A DNA stretch of 64,000 nucleotides from an uncultured Candidatus Peribacteria bacterium (GCA_964343715.1 CAYFJZ010000006.1:96425-160424), one strand, 5' to 3'. Shown: positions 41,600 through 51,448, counted from the first letter of the stretch. Notes: generated by a model not told the origin, from the sequence alone. Numbers and translations: made by a program.

Positions 41600-43672
41600 A
41601 TGGGAGACACAACTACCCAAGTGGAAGAAGAAATCCAGAAGTGCGAGGACGTCACCAGTCTCAGTGTTTGGGCCTCAGGAATCAAAGACAACCGACACGC
41701 CCCAGCACAGATTGCCGCGCTCTTGGCCAGAGCCGATGAGCTCTGCGTTGATGCAAAGGCCCTTTCGGGTCTTGTAACGGCTCATGAAAAGCAGGCGTTC
41801 GTCAAAAGGGCTCTTCTGGAGCACTTCATTCAGAAGCCGGATTTTCCGATTGCCGATGCCTCAGAAATGGCCATGCTGATGCACAGCCTGATAACGCCTG
41901 AGCAGGAAGGTCCAGAACATCGTCGGACCGAAGCGCTGCTGATCGAGCGAGCCAAATCGGTTTGCACCGACGAAGCCGCAACGGCTAAAGTGGGCAGTTA
42001 TATCCATTATGGGGATTTGAGAAATCAGTTTCTCTTGGATCTCTACGGCGATCAAGAAAGAAAAATCGACCCAAAAGCGTTTGGGACGCTTTGGAACCAG
42101 GTAGACGACGATGAGGAGTCTGCAGCAGGAGTAAAATCCTGTTTGTTGGAAAGCACCAAAACCTCCACCACAACCCCTTTAGAAGTGATGCAGGCGGCGA
42201 TGGGCGTCGCAGATTCAGAAGAACAGAGCCGTGTTTTGGAAGAACTGGCTCTCCTCGACAAAGTGGCAATTGCGTATCCGAATGATCTGGAAATGCTTCT
42301 GTCGCAGACCTCCCGGCGGGAGGAAGCCCTTCGTCAAAAGCTGATTGAGGCCAGTCGTTTTGTCCTGAGTCCAGACGAGCTGGTAGAGCAAGTGGGTCAA
42401 TATTCCCCTGATCCGACCCTCAATCACCAGCTGCTAAAACATTTCACCAAGCCTCCTTTCCGCATCGAGACCTTTGCGCAGCTCGACGCGCTGTTGGCTT
42501 CGGTCCAAGAAGGGAAAGGTGCCGACGCCCTCAAAGTGCAGATTTGCAGAAGAAACGCAAAGAAGCGACTGTCCGTTCCCAAGCGAACCAATGCCTGGGA
42601 TCTGTGCCAGATGGCCGAACGCGACACCAGTCAGTGGCCACAGGAAGTAGCCGTTGAGTGGGAAGAGAAGATCATCCAGGCGGCGCTTTGGGGCAATAAG
42701 ATCAAGGATCTCAAAGCCGCCACAAAGTGGGGGAACTCCTTCAGCTCTTTACGAGGGAGAGTCCACTGGATGGACCAATTCGTACAGAAACATGGAGGCG
42801 CCCTTACCGATCTGGTAGGCCTCTGGATGTGGGCCAACAAGATGGATGAGATGACAAAGGAGAGAGCATGGGCCACCGATTATCCCGGTGCCACCAGCCC
42901 TTCCGACCTCAAGCGGACCATCGAAAAGAAGCTGATCGAAATGGTTCGAAAACCGGGGCAGCGTACAGAAGAAGAGCAACAAGCGCTGATCACGCTCATT
43001 CGGTATGCAGAAGAAGGCACTCCTATGCACAAGCTGTGCCAGGAGGGGTTCCAAATGCTGCTTCAAGGCGTTTCGAGCACGAGGGTGGCCGTTGGCAGAT
43101 CAAGACGCCTCCAAAAAACGCTGCGTCTTCGGTTTCTTCTGGCCTACCTCGAACAGATAGGTTCCTACACGGAAGCCGATCTAAAAGCCCTGATAACCCA
43201 GGCCGATACCACACTCTGGAAACACGGTGGAGGGGCGCTCATTCAGGCCATTCTCCAACGAGCCGAAGGGTTGGGAATGGATCTCAACGATCCAGCACTC
43301 ACTCCCGGAGGGGCCGAAGAAGACTCGGAAGCAATGATGAAGCATGTTTTCGACATCTGCGAAGGGATGGATCCCCATGAGCCGGGAGACGCGGTGGCGG
43401 CCATGCAACGGATGAGGGATATTTTTCGATCCAAACCGGGAGCAACAGGGCTTGGGGAGGTGTTGCTCAGTGGAAAGGGATTTCCCGGGATGATGGGAGT
43501 CGGAAACCCGCCTTTTGATCCGATGGCTTTCGGCCTGATCAATCACCTTCTCGGAGAAGGTGGGCAGTCATTCCCATTTGCCTCAGGACCGGGGAGCCCT
43601 TTTAGCGTGGGAGATCTGGCCGAGGCCATGACACAGATGGATGAGGAACTGGTGAATAAGAAGCGACGGTAA
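41600..43672 (+). CDS. Hypothetical large alpha-helical protein, paralogue family member 1
   Basis: 690 aa. Shares many blocks with 45798-47357 and the C-terminal module with 47901-49064. Terminator at 43712-43750. Confidence 0.75.
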   Translation: MGDTTTQVEEEIQKCEDVTSLSVWASGIKDNRHAPAQIAALLARADELCVDAKALSGLVTAHEKQAFVKRALLEHFIQKPDFPIADASEMAMLMHSLITPEQEGPEHRRTEALLIERAKSVCTDEAATAKVGSYIHYGDLRNQFLLDLYGDQERKIDPKAFGTLWNQVDDDEESAAGVKSCLLESTKTSTTTPLEVMQAAMGVADSEEQSRVLEELALLDKVAIAYPNDLEMLLSQTSRREEALRQKLIEASRFVLSPDELVEQVGQYSPDPTLNHQLLKHFTKPPFRIETFAQLDALLASVQEGKGADALKVQICRRNAKKRLSVPKRTNAWDLCQMAERDTSQWPQEVAVEWEEKIIQAALWGNKIKDLKAATKWGNSFSSLRGRVHWMDQFVQKHGGALTDLVGLWMWANKMDEMTKERAWATDYPGATSPSDLKRTIEKKLIEMVRKPGQRTEEEQQALITLIRYAEEGTPMHKLCQEGFQMLLQGVSSTRVAVGRSRRLQKTLRLRFLLAYLEQIGSYTEADLKALITQADTTLWKHGGGALIQAILQRAEGLGMDLNDPALTPGGAEEDSEAMMKHVFDICEGMDPHEPGDAVAAMQRMRDIFRSKPGATGLGEVLLSGKGFPGMMGVGNPPFDPMAFGLINHLLGEGGQSFPFASGPGSPFSVGDLAEAMTQMDEELVNKKRR

Positions 43673-43711
43673 CGTCATGAATCAAGGATGATCGCGACGT
43701 TCTGAATTGAT

Positions 43712-43750
43712 ACGCCCTGTACAGGCTCAATCCTGGCAGGGCGTTTTTTC
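43712..43750 (+). terminator. Intrinsic terminator after family member 1
   Basis: ACGCCCTG...CAGGGCGT plus T6. Confidence 0.75.
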
Positions 43751-43796
43751 TGCGTTCACGAGCCATTTTTGGGTTGAGTTTTTAGTGGTGAAGAGA

Positions 43797-43825
43797 TTGA
43801 CAGGGAGTAGGTAATGATGTAGAGA
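43797..43825 (+). promoter_or_regulatory. Sigma-70-type promoter TTGACA-17-TAGAGA
   Basis: Upstream of the lipoprotein gene. Implies a ~190-nt leader. Confidence 0.45.
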
Positions 43826-44023
43826 GCATTTGTTCTTTTACATAATTCTTCCCTTTCCTCACGAAGCGATCCGAGTTTTTGTTTTTCAAAGATTGGGATG
43901 GCTTCGTTTTGGGGAGGGAGAAGAATGTTTGTTTAACTCATATGAGCCGGTTCCAGAGGAGGACCGTGAGAGGAATAGAGACGGGATATTAGTGACAACG
44001 TGGGAACAGAGTAGGGTTTGGTG

Positions 44024-45556
44024 ATGTTCAATGTAAGAGTGAAGTGGTGGCACTGGATTTTTGTGGCATTCCTTTTGTCTGGCTGTCAGCAACATTTTCA
44101 ATCTGAGAAACCGACCGTGGGGGTCACCGCTTTGGGGGGGCAGCAGTACCCCTCTTTGGCGGAACTAAAACAACTGAAGACGCCTGGAGATCAGGCCGAA
44201 GCCCTCATCAGCTGGTCACAACAGGTGATGGATGGGACTCTGAAGGTGGCGCCCGCAGCGCTCTTCGAAATCATGGGAAAGGTGCCTTGGGGTGAATCCT
44301 CAATAACTCGGCCCCAAGAACGTCTTCGGGCCTTTCGGAACCAGGCGTTGCAAAGCGCCATTGAACAGGAGCAATACTCTGTAGTGGAGCACTACAAAAG
44401 CTTCTGTGCAAACACCTTAGTTCCCTGGGTGAAGGAGAAGAGGGCGAGTGTAGTAGATCTTGAAGCGAGAGACTGTGCTTCTACAGTGAGCCTGTTGGCG
44501 GGAAAAGCCTACCAAAATCTGCTCTCCAGGCAAAAATGGGAGAGCGCCGAAAGGGTGTTGGTAAAATACGTAGACATCCCGAAGGGGTACAGTGAAGACT
44601 ATAATTCATTGCTCTGTCCTCCGCCCTGCAGTGTTCGGGATCATCACAACCATTCGGCCTTCAATCAGCTTTTGGTGAATAAACGCTACTCGGATGCCAA
44701 GGCCCTTCTGGAGAAAGGATTGGTCAAAGAGCCTCAGAGGATGTGGATTGTCCTGGATCACCTAAATATGCTCCTAGAAGGTAATCGCCTAGATCTGTAC
44801 TGGGCCATGGTCGATACCTTTGGCTTCGTCCAGAGCGAATGGCTGGTGCCCAGAATGGAACGCTTTGTTGCTGACCAGACCGAGAAAGCGCTGAAAGCGT
44901 TTGATCTAGTGGCGCTGAATAAGGTCAAAACGGTCGCTCAGCAGTTGGGGATGGACTTTGATGCGATCCTAAGGGCTCAGGGATTTATCCACTCTTTGGC
45001 CCACGGATTGACTCAAGAGTTCGACTTTGAGTTGCTGTCGAAAGAGCAAGTTCTGCTGGCAGCCGGATGGTATCTGCTGGTGGAGGGCTACAACACAGAA
45101 GAAGTAAGGCTGGAAATCGTCATCCAGATGCTCCGCAAGAAGCAAGTGGCCCTAACCCATCCCGAGGCGAAACGGATTTTTGCCCGTTATGTGGCTCGGA
45201 ACCTGATGTCTATCATCAACCAAGACGAACGCGTCAACCGATACAAGGGCCCTGATACCCCCCTGTCCAAGCTCTGTCGCACCGAGTTTGGGGTTGATTG
45301 GTTCGGAATGAGGACGGCCTGGCATATGGCGCGGATTCAATTCTTCCAAGAAGAGGCTCATCTGCGCTCCAACAAGATCGAAAAGGCCTTTGTGGCTCTG
45401 GCAGAGGAGAAGGGACTTTTGCCCGAAGCGTCCTCTGTGTTCTATGGGCCGCAGCGGCCGCTGCTGAGAAAGATACGGCGGATTATGTTCATCGCTCAGC
45501 AGGCAAAGGATTCGCCGGATATGAAGAAGGAGCTCGACCTTCTCAAGAAGATGTAA
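44024..45556 (+). CDS. Hypothetical lipoprotein
   Basis: Signal peptide plus lipobox WWHWIFVAFLLSGC. 510 aa, helix-rich. Promoter at 43797-43825 and terminator at 45604-45643. Confidence 0.75.
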   Translation: MFNVRVKWWHWIFVAFLLSGCQQHFQSEKPTVGVTALGGQQYPSLAELKQLKTPGDQAEALISWSQQVMDGTLKVAPAALFEIMGKVPWGESSITRPQERLRAFRNQALQSAIEQEQYSVVEHYKSFCANTLVPWVKEKRASVVDLEARDCASTVSLLAGKAYQNLLSRQKWESAERVLVKYVDIPKGYSEDYNSLLCPPPCSVRDHHNHSAFNQLLVNKRYSDAKALLEKGLVKEPQRMWIVLDHLNMLLEGNRLDLYWAMVDTFGFVQSEWLVPRMERFVADQTEKALKAFDLVALNKVKTVAQQLGMDFDAILRAQGFIHSLAHGLTQEFDFELLSKEQVLLAAGWYLLVEGYNTEEVRLEIVIQMLRKKQVALTHPEAKRIFARYVARNLMSIINQDERVNRYKGPDTPLSKLCRTEFGVDWFGMRTAWHMARIQFFQEEAHLRSNKIEKAFVALAEEKGLLPEASSVFYGPQRPLLRKIRRIMFIAQQAKDSPDMKKELDLLKKM

Positions 45557-45603
45557 TCTGCCAAATCCCTTGTGGCCGGAAAGGAGTTAAACACCACAAG
45601 AAT

Positions 45604-45643
45604 ATCCCCCGGGGTCGACAACGACCTCGGGGGATTTTGCTTT
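45604..45643 (+). terminator. Intrinsic terminator after the lipoprotein gene
   Basis: ATCCCCCGGGGTCG / CGACCTCGGGGGAT followed by a T-rich tail. Confidence 0.75.
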
Positions 45644-45654
45644 AGAGGGCAAGA

Positions 45655-45683
45655 TTGACACTTTTTTAGAAAAAAAGTAAAAA
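45655..45683 (+). promoter_or_regulatory. Sigma-70-type promoter TTGACA-17-TAAAAA
   Basis: Upstream of family member 2 (45798), directly after terminator 45604-45643. Confidence 0.45.
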
Positions 45684-45797
45684 AGCCCTCGCTCTTTGCA
45701 TTTCGCTCAAGACGGTTCCATGTGTCTTGGGATGATTTATACATCCTATCATTAACCAGAATAGCAGTGACTACGAGAAAAAAGAGAGGGAAGAACA

Positions 45798-47357
45798 ATG
45801 CCTACCCCAGAACCAATTACCGCCAAAACCGCCGAAAATATGGAGCATATCCGTTATTTGGCCAGAATCATCCAAAACGATCGTCATGCATACGATCAAA
45901 TTGAAACCCTTTTGACTGAGGCAGCTGACCGCATTATCACCTCTCCGGTTCAGATGAGAGAACTTGCGGGGGAGAGGGGGATTGATGGCTTTGTGATTAA
46001 CGCCATTCTGCTCCACTTCATCCAAAAACCTGATTTTCCTATCAACACCCCGGAGGACTTCGGGATTCTGCATCAGATGATCTACTGGAAATCGGACTGG
46101 AGAGACGTCGAAGAAGCCTTGGTGCCTCGAGGGAAAACCCTCTGCACCGACGCCCAACAGACCGCTCTGGTGGCGGCCAAAATTTTGGATTCAGGCCGGC
46201 GTCATGGTTTTCTGAGCCGAGTCATAACAGAGGAAGGGGGCGTTATGAATGGCCCCGAATGTTTTATCGGCCTCTGGAAGCTGGTAGATAAGAATAACGT
46301 AAGCGAAGAAGCGACTTTGCTGATGTCTCAGCTGAGGAAGCTGGCTCAACAGCACTTTTCACCCAATCCGGACCAAGTGGCCCAGATGGCAAAAGCCGAG
46401 TCAGATCCGCATCTGAATCATCAGATTATCCGTTTCTTCTGCATAAATTCGAGCTGTGTCATCACCGAGACGGATCAACTCAATACAATCCTATCCGCGG
46501 TCAAAAAAGGTCGTGGAGACGAGAAGTTTAAAAGGTGGATCTGTGATGTACCGGCCGAGGGTCTATTCACTATCCCAGCTCGGACAACCACCTGGAACCT
46601 CCGTACTCTGGCGAGCCGAGATTCTGATGTTTGGCCCGTATCGGTCGCTATCGGGTGGGAAGAAGAAATTGCTCGGTTGGCACTCAGTCGAAAAGACATC
46701 AACACGCTTCTCAACGCCCAAGAGTTTGCCAAAGGATTTTTCACGCTTCGAGGGAGGATCATCTTCATCGACGGCTACATCCAAAAGCATTCCAAGAGGA
46801 TCCCCATCGAGCAGTTGGTGGCAGTTTGGAAGTGGGTCGACAGGCGATCGCCCGAAGAACTGGCTCAAACAGAGCTAGAAGGTCGTCTGTTTCCCCCCGA
46901 TCTGAAGTCTACGATTGAAGCAGCTTTGTTGGGGAAATTGGCCTCAAGAATTGTCCTTACGGTTGGCGAACGTCGAAGTTTGGCGGGAATAGTTCGCCAA
47001 GATGAAAGCGGGTCGGCCATGGATGTTCTGAGGGCCGAAGTCCTCAAGCGTGAGGTGCGAGAATGTGCCAATATGCAAGAAGCGGTGGATCATTTTCACT
47101 GGTTTCATCTGACCATTCGATTTCACTTTCTGATCCAATACGTCTCTTCCATCCAAAACTGCTCTGAAGAGGATCTACTGCTGTGCAAAGATCAAATTTG
47201 GGTTGACGCTTGGAGTTTTGGGGGCGGGCAGCTGATGAGTCTTGTCATGCTTCGTGCGACGGAACTCAAGCTGGATGTGAATCAAGCCAAATGGGCCCCC
47301 AGAACAGAACCTGAAGTAAAACCCGTCCGTGTTCCCTTACGGATCGATCCTGAGTGA
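45798..47357 (+). CDS. Hypothetical alpha-helical protein, paralogue family member 2
   Basis: 519 aa. ILLHFIQKPDFPI, DPHLNHQIIRFF, TLRGRIIFIDGYIQKHS and WSFGGGQLM match member 1. Confidence 0.75.
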   Translation: MPTPEPITAKTAENMEHIRYLARIIQNDRHAYDQIETLLTEAADRIITSPVQMRELAGERGIDGFVINAILLHFIQKPDFPINTPEDFGILHQMIYWKSDWRDVEEALVPRGKTLCTDAQQTALVAAKILDSGRRHGFLSRVITEEGGVMNGPECFIGLWKLVDKNNVSEEATLLMSQLRKLAQQHFSPNPDQVAQMAKAESDPHLNHQIIRFFCINSSCVITETDQLNTILSAVKKGRGDEKFKRWICDVPAEGLFTIPARTTTWNLRTLASRDSDVWPVSVAIGWEEEIARLALSRKDINTLLNAQEFAKGFFTLRGRIIFIDGYIQKHSKRIPIEQLVAVWKWVDRRSPEELAQTELEGRLFPPDLKSTIEAALLGKLASRIVLTVGERRSLAGIVRQDESGSAMDVLRAEVLKREVRECANMQEAVDHFHWFHLTIRFHFLIQYVSSIQNCSEEDLLLCKDQIWVDAWSFGGGQLMSLVMLRATELKLDVNQAKWAPRTEPEVKPVRVPLRIDPE

Positions 47358-47413
47358 GAAGCACCCAAAGAGCTGTAGCAAAACGGCAAAAAGGCCCCTT
47401 TTGTTCCTTCAAC

Positions 47414-47448
47414 GCCCCGCGCAGGTACCAAACCTGCCGGGGCTTTTT
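47414..47448 (+). terminator. Intrinsic terminator after family member 2
   Basis: GCCCCGCGCAGG / CCTGCCGGGGC plus T5. Confidence 0.75.
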
Positions 47449-47526
47449 CAGATATCGTGAAAAAATTGTGCAAAACTTGTATAAAACTATTGGAAAACTA
47501 TAATTTATCTAGTTAAAAACTATCTC

Positions 47527-47766
47527 ATGCTCGCCCAAATCAACTTTACTGCCGATCAAGACCTCAAAAAAGCCGCTTTAGCCAAGGCCAAATCACAGGG
47601 TATTCCGCTAAAAGTCTTGTTGAGTTTTTTTCTCAAATCCTACGTCGAGGGCGAGATCGAGTTTGGCCTCCAAAACAGCGGAGGAGCAAAAAGGAGCCTT
47701 CGTACTCCCCAAGAGCACGCTAACACGCTTCGAGCCAAAAAAGACAAGCTTCAGGGGATCAGGTAA
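47527..47766 (+). CDS. DinJ/RelB-like antitoxin-type small protein (no adjacent toxin)
   Basis: INFTADQDLKKAALAKAKSQGIPLKVLLSFFLKSYV resembles the ribbon-helix-helix N-terminus of DinJ/RelB. Confidence 0.45.
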   Translation: MLAQINFTADQDLKKAALAKAKSQGIPLKVLLSFFLKSYVEGEIEFGLQNSGGAKRSLRTPQEHANTLRAKKDKLQGIR

Positions 47767-47900
47767 GAGGATTGGGAGCCAAGGTCTTGACGAATATGTA
47801 TAAGAGGGTATCAATTGGGCGCCTAATTTATTAAGCACCCCGATCTTTTTCATTATCACCACCCTGAAATACTTTTTTTCAGAGAAAGGAAGTCCATCCC

Positions 47901-49064
47901 ATGTCCACCATTTCAATGGAAGACCTCAACGAATTACAGGTCAGCGCGCTCCTGCAGAAGGCGTTCGTAGAAAATCCAACCGTCGAGCAGGTGAGTCTTC
48001 AGCAGGTTCTCATTGCTGAGGCGGTAAAGCGATTTCCCTCAGCCGAAAGAGCCACCCAGATCGCTCAGAAGATTGAGAACGCTCAGGGGCGGTATCAATT
48101 TCTTCTGGAGCATTTTCGAACTCACTGTGAGACCTTTGCAGAAGAAGATCTCCATTATTTTGCCGCCCAGTGTGATGACTGGACGAATGGCGGTGGTCAC
48201 CTTCTGACCGATGTTCTCATCATCGCTCGGGATAAAAAATTTAATCTCAACCACGGCAGGATGAATCCTTTCCAAAAGCACTTCTCAGAGCAAGAGGGAA
48301 GGATTCAGAAAGTCGCTCAGCTGCTTGGAAACATCCAGGTCGCAGTCCAAGAAGCAGAGGAGATGCTGAGCCAAGCAAGAGCGGGAAATGAAATGCATCT
48401 CCCCCCGCCCCAGTTCATTTTGTCTCCTGATGAAGCAGATTCCTTAATGGCCAAAGCGGAAGAGGAGGGCTTGCTTCCAGCATCTCTCGAAGAAGAATCT
48501 TCTGACAAAGCGGAAGGGGAGGAACCAGATCAAGAAATGGAGGAACCGGCCGTCGAGGATCTTCCAGAGCCGGAAGAATATCCTAATCCACCACCCACTC
48601 CGACAGAAGTCGCTCTTCCCGAGGCAGAAGAAGTAGAGACAGAGACCAACACTGAACCACCCGAAGGAGAAAACCAAGATGGTTTTGAAGAAGTTCCAGG
48701 ACTGAAGGACCATTTAGCAGCTCGCAGAGCGATTCAAGATGGGGTGAACCAACCGGACGGAGAGCCAACACCAGATCTCACAGAGCAGGAACCTCTAGAG
48801 TTGACGAAGCCTCTAGACGAGGAAGCAGATCCACAAGAGGCAGAACTGGAAGCAGACTCAGGAGAAGCCTTGCTCGAACCAGACCCGATTAAGGATGAAA
48901 CAGTTCGTGAACTGGAGGCAGCAGAGGCGGAAGAGGAGGAAGAAGGCCTCGAACCAGAGCGGAAGGAGGAGGAGCCGGATCAGGAGGAATTTGCAGAGCT
49001 CGAACCCGATCCTGATGCAGGAGAAGGATCAACCTTTATCGGGAGTTCCAAAAGACCAGAATAG
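47901..49064 (+). CDS. Hypothetical protein: family C-terminal module fused to a Glu/Pro-rich acidic tail (family member 3)
   Basis: RYQFLLEHF...EEDLHYF...WTNGGGHLL aligns with the C-terminal modules of members 1 and 2, followed by a ~200-aa low-complexity acidic tail. Terminator at 49137-49171. Confidence 0.7.
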   Translation: MSTISMEDLNELQVSALLQKAFVENPTVEQVSLQQVLIAEAVKRFPSAERATQIAQKIENAQGRYQFLLEHFRTHCETFAEEDLHYFAAQCDDWTNGGGHLLTDVLIIARDKKFNLNHGRMNPFQKHFSEQEGRIQKVAQLLGNIQVAVQEAEEMLSQARAGNEMHLPPPQFILSPDEADSLMAKAEEEGLLPASLEEESSDKAEGEEPDQEMEEPAVEDLPEPEEYPNPPPTPTEVALPEAEEVETETNTEPPEGENQDGFEEVPGLKDHLAARRAIQDGVNQPDGEPTPDLTEQEPLELTKPLDEEADPQEAELEADSGEALLEPDPIKDETVRELEAAEAEEEEEGLEPERKEEEPDQEEFAELEPDPDAGEGSTFIGSSKRPE

Positions 49065-49136
49065 GATTGTCAACAATAATTAGGTCGTGACCCAAAGATC
49101 AAAAGAGTAATCAGATGATCCCAAGTCCAATATTCA

Positions 49137-49171
49137 CACGCCCCGCAGAAAGACCGCGGGGTGTGCTTTTT
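49137..49171 (+). terminator. Intrinsic terminator after family member 3
   Basis: CACGCCCCGC / GCGGGGTGTG plus T5. Confidence 0.75.
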
Positions 49172-49217
49172 AAGTTAATAGACAACCCTCATGAAACCCG
49201 CTATAAGGCTTTTATCA

Positions 49218-49237
49218 GGACGCAAGATTTTGCGTCC
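49218..49237. repeat. 20-bp palindrome GGACGCAAGATTTTGCGTCC (second copy)
   Basis: 19/20 identical to the copy at 21313 and followed by CTACGA. Lies 35 nt upstream of the tsaD ATG. Confidence 0.85.
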
Positions 49238-49271
49238 CTACGAACGCCTTAAATTAGTTTGATACAACCCC

Positions 49272-50318
49272 ATGCTCATCCTCGCCTTCGAGACCTCTTG
49301 TGACGACACCGCTGTAGCGGTTGTAAAAGACGGCACCCAGGTTTTGAGCGCCGTGACCGTAGCGCAGGTGCAGCACTCAGAATGGGGCGGGGTAGTGCCA
49401 GAAATTGCCGCCCGACTCCACGCCGAAAACTGGCGGGGGGCCCTGGATAAATGCCTGGAGGAAGCGCAATGCACCATTGATCAGATCGATGCGCTGGCCG
49501 TAACCCAAGGCCCCGGATTGCAAACGTCACTTCTCAACGGAACTACGGCGGCAAGCTTTTTGTCGCTCCTTCACCAAAAGCCCCTTATTCCCGTACATCA
49601 CATAGCCGGGCATATTCATTCAATTTTTCTGGAGCGAAAAGTTTCCGACATCGTTTTTCCGGCCCTGGTTCTCGTGGCTTCGGGAGGGCATACAGATTTG
49701 TATCTCTGGAAATCAGTTTCTCATCTGGTTCGAATCGGAAAAACACTGGATGATGCGGTGGGGGAGGCGTTTGATAAAACCGCTAAGATGCTGGGGTTGG
49801 GCTATCCCGGAGGGCCAATCGTGAGCAAAATGGCAAATAAAGGCGACGGAAAAGCCTTCGATTTGCCCCGCATCTGGATGGGCAAGGAATCTTTGGATTT
49901 CTCTTTTTCCGGATTAAAAGCCGCCGTTTATCGTACAATTCAGCAGCACCGTAGAGACGTGATTCATCGCGTCTCTCCTTCTAAAGAAAAGGATTTCACT
50001 CCCAATATCTGCGCCTCTTTCCAGCACGCCGTGGCCGACACCTTTCTCCAAAAATTCAAACGCGCCTGCCACCGGTATCCCCAAATAAAGCAGATTCACT
50101 TTGTAGGGGGCGTTTCTGCCAACACCTTTCTCCAAGAAAAATTCCAAAAGTTTTGTACCCAAAACGGCCTCGAATTCCTGACGCCTGTGCACCCCAAATA
50201 TTCCACCGACAACGCGGCCATGATCGGGGCAGCGGCCTATTTTGCGGCACAAGAGGATCCCGGATGGGCCAAGATACAGTTTGTTAATGCTCAGCCAAGG
50301 CTCAGTATGGTTTCTTGA
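49272..50318 (+). CDS. tsaD: tRNA N6-adenosine threonylcarbamoyltransferase
   Basis: ILAFETSCDDTAVAV, VHHIAGHI, ASGGHT, DEAFDK and LGLGYPGGP match. Confidence 0.95.
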   Translation: MLILAFETSCDDTAVAVVKDGTQVLSAVTVAQVQHSEWGGVVPEIAARLHAENWRGALDKCLEEAQCTIDQIDALAVTQGPGLQTSLLNGTTAASFLSLLHQKPLIPVHHIAGHIHSIFLERKVSDIVFPALVLVASGGHTDLYLWKSVSHLVRIGKTLDDAVGEAFDKTAKMLGLGYPGGPIVSKMANKGDGKAFDLPRIWMGKESLDFSFSGLKAAVYRTIQQHRRDVIHRVSPSKEKDFTPNICASFQHAVADTFLQKFKRACHRYPQIKQIHFVGGVSANTFLQEKFQKFCTQNGLEFLTPVHPKYSTDNAAMIGAAAYFAAQEDPGWAKIQFVNAQPRLSMVS

Positions 50319-50525
50319 TTTCATGGAGGTAGAAAGGGAGGAAGGACAATGATTGACAAGAAAAGGAAGCTCTATAGGGTTAGGCCGTTCTTTTACAGTA
50401 TTGAGAAAATGATTTTGTAGCCCAAAACCAAGTGGTTTTTTGCTACTTACAAGAGAGTTAATTCTAGAAAGGAGAGTCCAGAAAGTAACTTTGATCACCC
50501 TTCTACTCATGAGGAAATAATCTTT

Positions 50526-51413
50526 ATGGATGCATCAGCAACCCAACAATTTCAAATCATCGCCCTAGGTGTAGGATCCGCTTTTACCCTGCCCCCAAAA
50601 CCAAAGAAAGGAGAGAGGCCAGATCTCAACGCCTGCGACTTTCAGTCCAATTTCGCCATCAGAGGACCCAGCGGAAGATATCTGATCCTGGACGCGGGAG
50701 GCGATTTGCGTTTTGCCCTGTTTCTGGCGGGGATCTCACTCAGCGAGATTGACGGAGTTTACATTAGTCATCTGCACAATGATCACAACGGCGGGATGGA
50801 GAATCTGGCCCTTGCTACCTACTTCAATAAAGATCTGAAGCGACCAGCTCTATACTGCTACAAACCCCTTATGACAGAGCTCTGGAACAAGTCTCTAAAA
50901 GGGGGACTGGAAACCCTGCAGGGGAAGCAGGCCGAACTTTCAGATTTCTTCGATCTTCGGCAGGTTCGTAAAAATGGAGAGTTTGTCTGGGACGGGATTC
51001 GGTTTGAGCTGATTCAAACCGTTCACATCGTAGCAAATCGGACCTTCAATCACAGCTTTGGTCTGATGATCCAAGGAGCCTGTGGCCGAGGTCCGAAGGT
51101 CTTCTGGACAAGCGATACCCAATTTGCCCCCAGTCAGATCTGCACTTTCTACGATATGGCTGATTTGGTTTTGCACGACTGCGAGACAGCGCCCTTCAAG
51201 TCAAAGGTTCACGCTCATTACGACGATTTGTGTGGACTTTCTGAAGAAGAGAGGGCCAAGATGCTGCTCTACCACTATCAACCTGGGGCCAGGGAACAAA
51301 GAAAACCCAAGGAGGATGGTTTTATCGACTTTATGCATCGGGGAGATACCATCACGATTACCCCGAACGGCATAATCCTTCCCAGGGAACTCCAGATGGG
51401 GACGGCAGCTTAA
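50526..51413 (+). CDS. MBL-fold metallo-hydrolase
   Basis: HxHxDH motif (ISHLHNDHNGG) plus downstream His/Asp ligands (TVH, LHDCE, HAHY). Confidence 0.85.
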   Translation: MDASATQQFQIIALGVGSAFTLPPKPKKGERPDLNACDFQSNFAIRGPSGRYLILDAGGDLRFALFLAGISLSEIDGVYISHLHNDHNGGMENLALATYFNKDLKRPALYCYKPLMTELWNKSLKGGLETLQGKQAELSDFFDLRQVRKNGEFVWDGIRFELIQTVHIVANRTFNHSFGLMIQGACGRGPKVFWTSDTQFAPSQICTFYDMADLVLHDCETAPFKSKVHAHYDDLCGLSEEERAKMLLYHYQPGAREQRKPKEDGFIDFMHRGDTITITPNGIILPRELQMGTAA

Positions 51414-51448
51414 TCAGCAATCCATTTTCCATTTGACTCTCAAACTCA

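Noticed and set aside
41600-49064. A compositional (GC) island marking horizontal transfer of the paralogue cluster
   Set aside because: Spot counts of 60-nt segments gave about 50% GC in the cluster, about 53% in aspS and about 38% in aroB. Variation among housekeeping genes is as large as any difference to the cluster. A sliding-window GC and codon-usage computation would be needed.
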